A stretch of DNA of 64,000 bases from assembly GCA_951406725.2 (NCBI GenBank), contig OX597821.1, positions 46,748,001 to 46,812,000 on the forward strand. The letters run 5' to 3'. This DNA is from Octopus vulgaris (lineage: Eukaryota). The first letter of the stretch is position 1. Each line of letters begins with the position of its first letter. The position numbers were made by a program, and so were the translations under genes. Below are positions 40,560-55,031 of the stretch, piece by piece. The notes beneath the pieces were generated by a model that saw only the letters and a program-made list of their open reading frames with translations, was not told the origin of the DNA and made no database searches.

Positions 40560-41025
40560 CATGTACTATCGCACTTTACATTCCCCTAAAGTTTCACAAA
40601 TCAAAACTACATCCACTGCAATATTTCTCCTCTCGTATCCGTCTATTCCCATTCAGCCTACATTCCACACATCACCTCTAACTAGAACACAAACCTCACA
40701 ACTTATCCAGCACACAAATCTATATTATAGTTCATCTCTGTAGACTACGCGATGCCCATTACTTCAATTTTCATTCCAAATAGAATCGATATCAGCAACG
40801 AAGCCCTTCATTTCCTTTAATTTGAAAAAAATTCCTCAATGACCCATTGAAATACATTTTCTTCCTCTTCAGTCTTCCTCCCGTTGTTCCACCGTCAATC
40901 GTTCGATCACATCTCTTGCTGTACAGAGGACATGTATCTTACTCCACCCCCCTCCAAAGTCATCGTTCACGGTGACTTCAATACTCACGACACTTTCTGG
41001 ACCTTACACACATTCCGTCATTCCT
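40560..41025 (+). mobile_element. LINE APE-endonuclease remnant
   Basis: FDHIS..KVIVHGDFNTHDTFW contains the GDFN motif. Confidence 0.5.
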
Positions 41026-41049
41026 TCTGTTATATATATATATATATAC

Positions 41050-41360
41050 ATCACGTGATTACGTGACCGACCAGGCTGTCAGTTGTTGCTACACATCGCT
41101 GGTTCCAATGCGCTTCGCATTGTTTTAGCTTTCAGATGACACCACTCTGCTGGCTAAGCAAGCAGGCCAACAGAAGAAAGAGTAGGAGGAAGTTGTGGCG
41201 AAAGAGTACAGCAGGGGTCGCTCCCCCACCCCACTGCCGGAGCCTTGTGGAGCTTTTAGGTGTTTTCACTCAATAAACACTCACAATGCCCGGTCTGGCA
41301 ATCGAAAGCGTGATCCAACGACCGCGAGTCCACTGCCCTAACCACTGGGCCATTGCGCTT

Positions 41361-41364
<4 letters not shown>
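41050..41364 (-). mobile_element. SINE with family C head and body but a different 3' tail
   Basis: Head GTGGAAGCGCAATGGCCCAGTGG; diverges from 2630-3015 after the CTCTT at the end of the body and ends ..GGTCACGTAATCACGTGAT next to (TA)n. Confidence 0.85.
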
Positions 41365-41417
<53 letters not shown>

Positions 41418-41435
41418 ATATATATATATACACGT

Positions 41436-41650
41436 GAGTGTGTGTCTGTGTTTGTACCCCTCACCATCGCTTGACAAAGGATGCTGGTGTGCTTACATCC
41501 ACGTAACTTAGTGGTTTGGCAAAAGATACTGATAGAATAAGTACTAGGCTTGCAAAGAGTAAGTCTTGGGTTCGATTTGTTCGACTAAAGGCGGTGCTCC
41601 AGCATGGCCGCAGTCAAATGACTGAAACAAGTAAAAGCCTAAAAGAGTAT
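41436..41650 (+). mobile_element. 3' half of a family A SINE
   Basis: CATCGCTTGACAA...GGCGGTGCTCCAGCATGGCCGCAGTCAAATGACTGAAAC. Confidence 0.8.
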
Positions 41651-41681
41651 AAAAATATATATGTATATGTGTGTGTGTGTG

Positions 41682-41725
<44 letters not shown>

Positions 41726-41831
41726 ATAATAAAAGTGTAAAATTAATTAATTATTAATTAATAATTTTACCAAGTAGTGTTCAGTATGTAAAAAGACCAT
41801 TTACGATATATTTAAAACATTACGTTGTATG

Positions 41832-41937
<106 letters not shown>

Positions 41938-42033
41938 CATGTACGAATATATGTATTTTCTGTAGAATCTAGAGCCAGCACTGTTGCTTACAAAACGAAA
42001 TTAATATTATATATATTAATATTATATATATTA

Positions 42034-42122
<89 letters not shown>

Positions 42123-42149
42123 GTACTGCTCTGTGTATGCATGTATGTA

Positions 42150-42550
42150 AAGGCGGCGACCTGGCAGAAACGTTAGCACGCCGGGCGAAATGCTTAGCAG
42201 TATTTCGTTTGCCGCCTACGGTCTGAGTTCAAATTCCGCTGAGGTCGACTTTGCCTTTCATCCTTTCGGGGTCGATAAATTAAGTACCAGTTACACACTG
42301 AGGTCGATATAATCGATTTAATCCATTTGTCTGTCCTTGTTTGTCCTCTCTGTGTTTAGCCCCTTGTGGGTCGAAAGAAATAGAAATAGGTATTTCGTCT
42401 CTATGCGTTCTGAGTTCAAATTCCGCCGAGGTTGACTTTGTCTTTCTTCCTTTCGGGTTCGATAAATTAAGTGCCAGTTACGAATTGGGATCGATCTACT
42501 CGACTGGCCTTGCTCCCCCAAAATTTCGGGGCTCGTGCCTTGAATAGAAA
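42150..42550 (+). mobile_element. Tandem SINE family B (full copy 42150-42385 plus a 5'-truncated copy with a different tail)
   Basis: Two GTTCAAATTCCG..CCTTTCGGG..CGATAAATTAAG blocks; the second ends CCCCAAAATTTCGGGGCTCGTGCCTT. Confidence 0.85.
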
Positions 42551-42631
42551 AGCATGTATGTATGTATTTGTATGCATACATACATACATACATACATGCA
42601 TACATACATATAAATAAATATGTATGTGTGT

Positions 42632-42845
42632 GTACCATGTTGATTCGTTAGCTACTGCACGCATTTTTTTTCTCTCCTTCTTTCTGTGTTTTTTTTCTCT
42701 CTGTGTATCTTTCTGTTGAAGAGCGTAGGCTCGAAACGTTAAAGACTTGTTTTATTTATATTTCCTGAGCGCCATACTAATACAATTGTTCGTTTGTTTT
42801 CCACCTGCCTTCGTCTTTTGTTTATTTTCATAAAGCTTCCCGTTA
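42632..42845 (+). mobile_element. Short Penelope pLTR-like unit embedded in microsatellite
   Basis: Contains a hammerhead-like fold; its 3' part is homologous to 57595-57686 (minus). Confidence 0.6.
42708..42745 (+). ncRNA. Minimal hammerhead-like motif with variant core CUGUUGA
   Basis: TCTTT CTGTTGA A GAGC-GTAG-GCTC GAAA CGTT AAAGA: stems I and II are intact, stem III is palindromic ACGT, and the core has A6>U. Confidence 0.65.
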
Positions 42846-44500
42846 TACATATATATACATATATACACATATTTATACATATACATCGATAAATACAGTA
42901 TATAGAGATAAAGATTGATACAAATTTGTGTTTTTATATTGAGAGTTTTACTTCATTGGTGGGTGGTTAGTATGAGTCTCGACCCGTCTGGAGCATCACC
43001 AGATATCTTGTCGATTATATTGTTTGTAGTATTCTGTTGAGTCTTCTAATAAATTATTTGTTCATTTGTCAAAACTCTACCTACTGTTAGACTCACATGA
43101 ACACACACACACACACATGCACTTATATACATGTACACATACAGGCTTACACAAATACGTATGCACACACACACACTCACCCACACATTCACACGCATAC
43201 ATTCACACATATTTATTACATAATGCAACACTACATTATACTATTCTATATTATATATCAAAATTACTTAAAATTATATTACATTAAATTACATAACATA
43301 ACATTATATCATAAATGTATATTATATAACGTTATATCACATCACACTGTGTTATATTACATTATTTTATATCATATATTAGATTTCGTTACACTATGCT
43401 ATGTTTTGTATTACACTACACAATATCATACAATATTATATTACTCTCTCTCCAACTGTCACATCTTGTTTGTTCTACTGGGTTCATGGCGTGGGGATGG
43501 GGGAAGAGGATGTCTATTTCCGCCCCCATTGCATGGAAACATGTGATGCGTAGTGATGGTCGATGTTTAATATCTATAAACGTTAGCGTTTGTTTCTCTT
43601 GGAATGTTTACCAAACTTCGCAAGAAGATCTAGTGGCAATCATGAATAATGCATGAACAAAAATCCTGGGTCTGAGGGTTATTTGAAATAAAACAATTTG
43701 TAATCAATTTCAGAAACATTATTAGCTCATCACGTTAGATTCTGCTTCTTTCTCTTTCCGTTATGACATTCAACTTCTGGAATAGAATGTACGTGCAAAA
43801 ATGATCACGCTTCATTCGAAATAAAATAAAAGAAATACTTATAACAGGACCAGATAGGTTTCTTTGATGCTTCTAGTTTACTCAAGCAGATTTCTCTTGA
43901 AGTATCTTTATCTGGAATTGTCACAACTTATAGATAGCAAGACGGGTCATTTAGCATTTAAGCACACAATGACAGTTCTGTGTGCAATAATGGAAAAGAA
44001 CTGGACAAAGGTGCTGATGCAAGGAAGTCTTAGATTACAGGAAGAGTACAGATTGTCCCAAAGACTTGCATTTGAGGTTCTCTTTCTCGTACTTTTTTAA
44101 TATCTCAGAGGTAACTCTAATACCATAGGCATTGTTAGTGATGTTCACTGATGATTTGAAGCACGTTCGACTACTCATCCCAAAGGGTGGTTAGTTGAGA
44201 GTATACCTCGAAGAATCCTATATCTTGAGATGAAAGAAAACAGAGATGTTTCGGCAACTAAAGTTCTACAGCTTTACTACAGTTTTATTTTAATTGGTGG
44301 AAATAGCAACCAGTTCTAAGATGTTAAAACCCTTGGAACTTGTGGAACAGACATCAAGAAAGTTTATTCTAGGTTCTCACAGAATTATAGCGTACCTGAG
44401 AGGCTTTCTGAACGTGTCATCTCGGCTCCCAAAAGTGACATTGTGCAGGATATTAGTGCTAACAATCCAACAAGTCTCAGCCTAATCTAGGTAGTAGAAG

Positions 44501-44643
44501 CACTAGCGTAGCTAGAGTGCGTGCCGCCCGTGGCGACCCTTCCGTTTTCCACCCCCGGACCCCACAAAAAATCTATTGCCAATAGCAGACCCAACAGTGT
44601 CGCCCGGGGTGGATCTCTCCCCCTCCTTCCAGCTACACTAGTG
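44501..44643. mobile_element. Small MITE (hAT-like)
   Basis: TIRs CACTAGCGTAGCT / AGCTACACTAGTG; imperfect 8-bp flanks AGTAGAAG / GATAGAAG. Confidence 0.65.
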
Positions 44644-44868
44644 GATAGAAGACATTTTAACTTGTAGCTAACAGGATAACAATTCTACTTCATATCCAAC
44701 AGAGTTCTACCAATTATCCAACTGGTTTTCTTCTTCACAATACGGGCGCCATTATTATTATTAAAAACATAGTCTCTATAACTGTACAAAATTACCTATT
44801 AAAACTCTTACCCTATGCCAACGAAGCCATAAATACGACTGACTGTGTCTCAAGAGATACTTTCATTC

Positions 44869-45258
44869 GGATCTTTTCGGTTTGAACGGCAGTTTTTTCT
44901 AGCGGTGTCATATGAAATTGTCACCCATAATTATGACCCTGTTTTAGGGTTAGGGTTAGGGATGGGGGGAAGGGTATCTTTTTTTCTTCACAAATGTAAA
45001 AAATCAGTTTCTTAAATGAGGGACATATTCATACAGTACAGAATGTTTTTTTTACCTCAATAGATGTCACTGATTGGTTGAAATTGCAGAAATTGAAGAA
45101 AAAAAAAAACAACAAATAACTTACAAACTATAGAATTTTTTCAATAAAGCCAAGAGAAAAAGACGTTTTATAAACACATTCTACCAGTATACGAATTTTA
45201 AAATCTTTTAGTTACCTAGAAATTATGTTAAAAACTGCCGTTCAAACCGAAAAGATCC
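44869..45258. mobile_element. Non-autonomous DNA transposon, 28-bp perfect TIRs, 8-bp TSD (Merlin-like)
   Basis: TIR GGATCTTTTCGGTTTGAACGGCAGTTTT; TSD TTTCATTC at 44861-44868 and 45259-45266; internal (TTAGGG)3. Confidence 0.9.
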
Positions 45259-45734
45259 TTTCATTCTAACCATTCCAATCATCTCATCAGTTATACTACC
45301 TCTATTCCAGGTGGTACAGTCTATTTCTTCAAGGCTACCACATATACTCATATACTTCATGCAGAGGTATATAAAATATTTCCTAGTGGAGAGTTGAAGC
45401 ATAAATGCGTCGGTGAACCAAACAAGCCTCTAAGCCGTACTTCGACCCGATAGAAATAGCCAAATTCCTAGAGAAATCCTAGCAGACATCATTTGAAAAT
45501 TAGATGGAATGGTCATGGCTGGAGCACCTTTCATCATAGGTTTATTTAATCAGCACTGACACAAGAGTTAAACAGCACTAGACGATAACATTAAAGGCTG
45601 CAAGCACACACACACATAGGAGCGCGCGCGCGAAAGCACACATGCACATAATCACGCACACACGCGCATAAATACACACATATACAGGTATGTATGTATG
45701 TATGTATGTACACACAAGGAGACACACACACACA

Positions 45735-46178
45735 CACGCATGGGGGGGGGGGAGAGTGTGTGGGAGATAATGAGCGAGAGAAAGGGAGAGCGGGGAGAGC
45801 GAAAGCGAGAGAGGGTAAGGGGGAAAGAGAGAGAGAGAGGATGTGTGTGTGCGCTCATGTGTATGTGTGTGTGTGTGTGTGCGCTCATGTGTGTGTTTGT
45901 GTGTGAGTGCGTGTGTGCGTGCACGCATGGGGGAGAGAGTGTGTGAGAGAATGAGCGAGAGAAAGGGAGAGGGGGGAGAGCGAAAGCGAGAGAGGGTAAG
46001 GGGGAAAGAGAGAGAGAGAGGATGTGTGTGTGCGCTCATGTGTATGTGTGTGTGTGTGTGTGCGCTCATGTGTGTGTTTGTGTGTGAGTGCGTGTGTGCG
46101 TGCACGCATGGGGGAGAGAGTGTGTGAGAGAATGAGCGAGAGAAAGGGAGAGGGGGAGAGCGAAAGCGAGAGAGGGTA

Positions 46179-46213
<35 letters not shown>

Positions 46214-46265
46214 GTGTGTGTGCGCTCATGTGTGTGTGTGTGTGTGTGCGTGCGTGTGTGCGTGT
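45735..46265 (+). repeat. Tandem repeat, ~181-187-bp unit, about 3 copies, built of GA- and GT-rich blocks
   Basis: CACGCATGGGGG...AATGAGCGAGAGAAAGGGAGAG..GCGAAAGCG recurs at 45735, 45922 and 46103. Confidence 0.9.
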
Positions 46266-46506
46266 GTGTGTGCTTGCTTGTGTGCGTGTGTGCGTGTGTA
46301 TGTGCGTGTGTGTGTGTGAGAGAGCTAGAGAGAGTGGTGGGGGGGAACGAGAGACGGGGGGGTAATAAGAATGAAATGGTGGGAAGGGGGTGTGTGTAAG
46401 GTAATAACGACTGTTACGGAACGTTGTGACTGCCTGCTTGGTGAAGGCCGATGTTGACTTTGATGGCGGTGGCGGTGGGGGAAGGCTCATGGTACCACCA
46501 CTACTA

Positions 46507-46563
<57 letters not shown>

Positions 46564-47426
46564 ATACTACTGCTAGTATCTGGTGTTTGTAAATGTATTA
46601 GTAGTAGTAGTAGTGGTATTAGAGCAAAAAAAAAAAACCTTCCACCGCATCCAGTCGGTGTTCTGCAGCAGCAGTAGTCGTAGTGGTGGTAAAGGGAAGC
46701 AGCAGAAGTAGCAGTAGTAATAGCAGCAGTTGGTTTACATCATAAGAGTACGGCTGCATAAGAGACAGATTGACGGCGGTTTAACAAGCAGAGGTGGAGG
46801 GAAAGGGGGAGAATGAAGGAAGGTGGTTGGGAAGATAGGTATGTAGGGAGACAGGTAGGTAGGTAGGTAGGTCGATTGATGGTCGGTCGGTCGGTAGGAT
46901 GGTTGGTGGTGGTGTGTGATTGATAGATAGGTTGGTTTGGTTTGGTTTGGTAGGTAGGTAGGTAGGTAGTTGTGATGGCGATTATTATTACGATCGTGTT
47001 GGTCTGTGATTGGTGGATAACTAGTTCTTCAGTCGGTGTAAAGCAAGCTAAAAGATAGCTCTGTGAATATGTATGTGATTGTGTGAGTGTATGCGTGTGT
47101 GTGTGTATGCATGTGCGTGTGTGTTGTGTGTAGATATAATTTAATAATAACATATACGTACATGCATATGTATGTGTATATATATGTATATATATATATA
47201 TATATACACATAGGAGTAAACACATAAATGTGAAACAAGGTGGAAAAGAGTACTCAAATACCAGTGGTAGAGTAATATGCTTTATTTAATTTTCTGCTGC
47301 TTTAAATAAAGTATATATATACATATACAGACACACACACACATATATATATATACTCACATACATATATACACACACACATACAGACATACAACCATCC
47401 ATCCATACATACATACATTCATACAC

Positions 47427-47461
<35 letters not shown>

Positions 47462-47721
47462 TGTGTATGTATATAAATATATATGTGTGTGTGTGCGAAC
47501 GTTTATGTGTTTGTGTGTGCACCTGTAATTGAAATTTAGAGATAATTAAACATACGTTTATATGCACATATATCTATGTAAATCCATATATGAACATTCA
47601 CGTATACTGACTTATCGTATTCGCATGTAATGTATGCATATACAGAAATATATGTTGATGCCTTCTATGCAAATGTACATATACATAAATGCATACATAC
47701 ATATATACATACATACATACT

Positions 47722-47792
<71 letters not shown>

Positions 47793-48127
47793 ATATAGCA
47801 TGCATTATAGTCCCACATGTAGACATTCGCAAACACACTCTGTCACACGTACATTCGCATTTTCTGCAACACTGTAATTCGGTCACCGTCTGAAAATTGT
47901 AAGTATTGATTTTTAATATTGGCAGTGTGCCATAAATTCTCAGGTAAGTATTTGGATTTGAATCCTCAGCAGATGTCTGGTACTATCGTATCAAGCTCGA
48001 ATGTGATACGATATGTTGTGAGTCTTGAGGCCAGATTTGAACCCATGGGAACAAAAACAACAAAACTTAGAAGAGGTGCAATACTGTTGTTGTTTTTGTT
48101 TTTGTTTTTGCTGTTGTTGTTGCTGTT

Positions 48128-48335
48128 AAGGCGGCAAGCTAGCAGCATCGTTAGCACGCCGGGTGTAATGCTTAGCGGCATTTCGTTCATCTTTACGTTC
48201 TGAGTTCAAATTCCGCCGAGGTCGACTTTGCTTTTCATCCTTTGGTAGTCGATAAAATAAGTACAAGTTGAGTACTGGGGTCGATGTAATCAACTAAACC
48301 CTTCCCTAAATTTCAGGCCTTGTTGCCTTTAGTAT
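48128..48335 (+). mobile_element. SINE family B (second tail type)
   Basis: AAGGCGGCAAGCTAGCAG head, GAGTTCAAATTCCGCCGAGGTCGAC, tail CCCTAAATTTCAGGCCTTG followed by (TTA)n. Confidence 0.82.
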
Positions 48336-48351
48336 AAATGATTTATTATTA

Positions 48352-48383
<32 letters not shown>

Positions 48384-48402
48384 GTTATTATTATTATTAT
48401 TA

Positions 48403-49341
<939 letters not shown>

Positions 49342-52300
49342 CATTATCATCATTATTATTATTATTATTTAATGATCTGTTAGGTCTCCATGACTACAGG
49401 GGTAAAGTGGTAAGTTATCCTAAATGTTTCTTCGAATACTCGCAACAGAATGCTCTCTGCTAAAGGCTTCGAATAAACTGGCGAAGTGGTTAAACGGGGT
49501 AACACCGTTAACCCCTTCATCATCCAAGAACAAAAGCTATTCCACTCATGGACTTCTCTTCACAATGTTTGTAGAATATATAGGTTGACTCAAAGAAGAG
49601 ATTTGCTCAAGTTATTGCGCAATGCGATCGCATCCATAAACTCGTAATTGTGATACCAGCTGGTTAACCATTCAGCTATGCTTAGCACACCTTCATGCTA
49701 TGTGTAAAATATCCTACTATTTTTCTCACTAATCCGCTGTCATGATTTTGACAAAAACGATATCCAAAAGACCGCAGAACTTGTAAGGACCTAGTGTCGA
49801 TTGAAAGGCAAAGCCAAGCAGCAGGATTTGGACTCAGCGATATAACTAAATATCAATTCAAAGCCTGATACAACTGCATCGCTTTTAGTGTAAGAAACAC
49901 TCGGTCGAGTGGTCTTTGACTTGTACTCTATTTCATCGGTCGTGGAAGCTGAAACACAAAGTCAACCTCAGTGAGATTTGGACATGATTAAATAGCACGA
50001 AGTATTCAATACAACAGTTCACTCTTTATTCGACACTACATTGCCTTTTAGAAGATTGGAAATATTGATAAGACACGCAGTTAAAGTAAACCATTGGCAA
50101 TATATCTAAAGAAAAGTGTAATGCAATATTATGTTTCTATAATTGTGAAGTTCTATGATACTAGCAATAATTCGAAATTGTAGCCTGAGCCGAAATATTC
50201 AATAACCAAATCTGTCATAAAACCTCTCAACAATAATAATTGATCATAAATATATTTTTACATAGATGCAAGGGCTCCGGTTTAGAAGAAAACGATGAAC
50301 TGAGATTAAAGAACGTTCATTCTTTGATCATGGACGTTAAAAACTAGAGGTATTTGAAGAATCTTCTATAACTGTTTTTCGAGACTAAGAATCGTGTTTT
50401 GTGTGAGAGTTTTACAGAAGGAAACAAGAGATCCCTTGGACACATAGTAATTGTTTCTTTCATAGACTCAAACATTGAAAAAAGATTTGCTGATGACGGA
50501 CATTTTAGTTGAGATATGATGGGCAGTACCAATGACACTTTCCACATTCCATACCAGACTGTGACGTCGATGTGACTAATGTTCAGATTAAATGTTGAGG
50601 GTTGATATCAGTGGGGAAACAGTCAGGGATAAAGTTCCAGACAGTTCCAGACTGTTTGGGATGAGTTGTTTAAGAAGCATGTGAGCAGTCGAGATGACAG
50701 GAGGAAACGGGATGTTTCGGTTGTAAGTATACTGGTAGTAGTTTAGAGGAGTTGTAGAAAAGATGGCAGTGAAACAGCTTGTTGGTGAGCTCATTATTGT
50801 ATTGGTAAAGCGGGGAAGGTCTACTTAGATCAACTACTTTGGATATGATCTTGGAGATTTAAAAATAAAGAAGCTGTTCCGATCCAAGACTACAAACAGC
50901 ACAAACGTATGGCCACGCTAGTGTTTCGTTCAAATAAGCAAATGTGCGTAAATTGCTTTATAGATATAACGTTATTATACAAAATATATATTGTCGTTGT
51001 TATAAAGAAAACATAAGGAGTGCATAAAAAATTTAGAAACTTCGAGAAAACATAAAATAATTGTTTTAACTGTTGAAATCGAAGTAGATAAAGCTATTAA
51101 TAATTGCATGTAAAAATTAACCCTTTGGATGCAGCTGATTGAAAAGGTCATGTTTCGGCAAGGGTCCATGATTCAATACGAACATAGTTAATTATAAACA
51201 ATATAATTTAGTACTGCAAACAATAACTATATTATAAATTTAGTAAGTAGAACGCCTCATTTTTATAAGAAAGACAAAAATATAGGTCATTGCTAAGGCC
51301 AAATATTGCTGTGAAGTTGAGGATGGTAACGAGAAACAAATCAAGTGTTTACTTGTTTACTTTCAATATGCAATATACAAGCAGTGTTCAGAGATATCTC
51401 GGCGATCGAATTGGTTATAAGAAATGGCTGCAATCTGTGTAAAAATAAAGTATTGATGTGAAAACTCTGCTTACTTGCAGATTTACGATTTAAAATGATA
51501 GTTTTAATCTTAAGATGTCATGTTTTTTTTTCTGATTGCCTAAATATTAGCAGAAACCGGTGAGAAGAATATGACGTTAATTATCATCAATTCAACTCTA
51601 TGGATCAAAATCATTCAATGTTTCCATCAGAATTGAGCACTCAAGATAAGCTTAAGGCTTGTTATTTTAATCCTACACTGTTTCTAAGGTCAACATTCTT
51701 TCCTGTAACAATTTTCTTTTCTCATTTATTATTTTCCATCATTTCTGATAGCTTTTGTTATTTCTTGGCCCTGCTTCTTTTGTACCTCAGTATTCCTTAG
51801 GTTAAAGCGATGCTGCCAAAGAGAGTAACTACAAATTAAAGCTTGTTACTTGGTTTTACTTTAGCAAAGTGTAGCATATAAAAATTATATCTGACGCAAA
51901 ACTAAGATTGAATCAGTTTTACGGCCACCATAATGTTTTTGCAACATTATACTGGTATTTCTGTTGAGCATGTCTCTCAGTGGTTGTTAACAAGAGGGGA
52001 AACAATTCAACGCTGCCCTTCAAAGTGAGAGAATATATCTTGTATCGACAAGATTATGAAAAAAAAAAAAAAAGAAAAACTGAAAACTATTTTTTTCTTC
52101 ATTTATACTGACACGAAGCGGTGTCTCCAATACACTAGTTAATTCTATTGATACAATATCGTATAGCTTTTCCTCCGGCCAATTATATTTCATAGGCAGT
52201 GCATGTCTAGAACTACATTATACAGTGAGTTCTATTTTGAAGATGGCATGGCATCATTTCAGGTTGATTTGAATGTGACTTCTAGTAGATTAATGCTTGC

Positions 52301-52580
52301 TCAAATCCTTTTCAATAACGAACTTCCTAATCATTGTTATTCCATGCTAAAGTAATTCAATTTATAGAAGTTTATCTTCATAAACTGTTAAGGCAAATTT
52401 GCGGAACCATGACCTAATTAGCTAGAGAGGATTCCGCTGAATAAATCAGCCAAAATTAAGACACGGTTTTAATTCCCGGCCGTCACCATTTTGCTCAATC
52501 CGCGTCACAAGAAATCTGTAAAAGGCATGAACATCACAAGTTCTTGGTTTTAATCGATTTAATCATGTCAGCCTTTGATT

Positions 52581-52968
52581 TTTTTGGAAGCACTCCGTCG
52601 GTTACGACGATGAGGGTTCGGTTGATCCGAATCAACGGAACAGCCTGCTCGTGAAATGAACGTGTAAGTGGCTGAGCACTCCACAGACAGGTGTACCCTT
52701 AACGTAGTTCTCGGGGATATTCAGCGTGACACAGAGAGTGACAATGCCGGCCCTTTGAAATACAGGTACAACAGAAACAGGAAGTAAGAGTGAGAGAAAG
52801 TTGTAGTGAAAGAGTACAGCAGGGATCACCACCATCCCCTGCCGGAGCCACGTGGAGCTATAGGTGTTTTCGCTCAATAAACACTCACAACGCCCGGTCT
52901 GGGAATTGAAACCGCGATCCTATGATCGCGAATCCGCTGCCCTAACCACTGGGCCATTGCGCTTCCAC
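52581..52968 (-). mobile_element. SINE family C
   Basis: 12-bp TSD CAGCCTTTGATT at 52569-52580 and 52969-52980. Confidence 0.92.
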
Positions 52969-54961
52969 CAGCCTTTGATTAATGAGCTGGTTATAGGTAG
53001 TCAGGCAGAAATATAATCATCACTCACCGAGCAATTGATATTAAATTATTTTACTGATAACGGGCATAAAGAAATAGTTTATTAATCAACACTGAAAATT
53101 TAATTGACAATTAATGTGAGAACACCTTTAACTACTTACAGCTCTATTCAAATATTAGTTTCTTTTGACAAGACACAAATCCTCAATGGTGAATCTGGTT
53201 CATTGTTTTGAGATCTACAAAAGACCAAAAGGGGATTTGAAATTCTGATGTTTTGGAAAATGCTATTTATACAAGAATTCCGTTTCATGTTTTTGGGGTT
53301 TTTTTTTTTTTGATGGGGGAGGAGTGTTTGTTTACTTGTCATTTTTAGGACTCGAATGAAATAGACCCTAATTTCACCATCAAGCACGTATCTATATGTT
53401 TGTTCGAGTTGTAATAACAGACGCACGTTGTTTGATTTTTCTCATAGGAAACCTTTCCATAGTTGTTTAATCGAGAGACGGAGCGACTTCACAATACATT
53501 ACCTCTTCAACTCTGAAGAATCTCAGTCCGTGGTATTTTCAGACAGCAAATCCACAGGACTGAGATTGCTTAGAGAAAACAAAATGACATCTGATACATT
53601 TGGTGTGAATTATTTCAGTAGTGTTGCAAATAGAATTTTTAAAAAGCATTGTTTTTCATACGTGAAGCTTTAAACAGTTTATGATTGGAAACCGATTAAT
53701 TATTAGACGCCACGCGTTACCACAGTACCTCTGAACGACTGTAAGAAAGAAAATATGCTTCAAAAACTCTTTTGCTTTATTTCACAATGACTGTCTGCTT
53801 ACCCATTATAGACTGGTTCTGTAGATCATATTTGTACGTAATATGTAAATGTAATTTCTCAGTGACTATTTCTAGTAAATATCGTTTCTTGACCAGATGT
53901 CCATCACCGAAGTAAAATAAGCACGATAAATTGATGAATGTCAAACAGTCTTGTGTTTTATATACTTTGTTCTTTGTAACTGATTTTTTCACTTCTACAG
54001 TTTCCTATCTTTTTATTAATTCCACATTATCCTGGGGAAATGATTATGACAGAATTGAAAGTAGGCTCAAGCGGACAATCAGTAGTGCAGATGAACGAAA
54101 TACTCGCCAATTTCACAGCACTGTCAATGTTTCCTGCATTAAATACCCTCACCAAACTCTCCAACTCATCAAGCCGTAGACTGAGTATTTGGGATTCCAT
54201 TGTTTGTGGTATGGAAACAATCAACTGTTAATGACAAGGTTAGAATCCTTGTCCTCTCCCTCACTGTATTGTTTAAGTTAATCGATCGACTTACAAACTC
54301 AATGTATTTTAGCTATCTATCAAGCAGAAATTTTATTTTCGTTTATCTCATACTATAAAAGGAAAAAAATAAAACAAGGTAATATATCATATTGATATTC
54401 AATAATCATTTTCAGAAAAAAGAAAAGGCTACATCGAACCTAAAAGTCCAAATCAAAAGCAAAGCAAACTGTTTTACCAGTTACTTTAATTGAGTAACAA
54501 ACAGAAATCGATATGTAGGTCTTATTCTATATTTATTACACAACGACATGCGAACTTGGAGCGACACAATGTCAATATTATTGCTTCGTAAATAAATATT
54601 TTTACTGCATTGTCATGCCGACAAACACCGAGATTAATCACAGTATTGTCAATTCTTAAAGAATTGTCAATTCAGAAATAGCTTACCATCAAACGTCTCT
54701 CAATCCAGTATCAACCATTTTCCTATCCTTTGCTGTTACTTTAGCACCAGCGTTCTCACTATTTTCAGCTACATATTAAACATGAGATTTCTGTAAAGGA
54801 AAAACCTCCCCGAAGGATAGAATTTAGTTTTTTTTCCTCTAACACTACGAAAATTCAGTCCTAAACGCATCTTTTCCCCACAGTTTCACCAAACATACTA
54901 TATTTCTAAAAGTATGCAATGTCCATAATATAACACGTGAGCACAGACACAAACACACACG

Positions 54962-55031
<70 letters not shown>

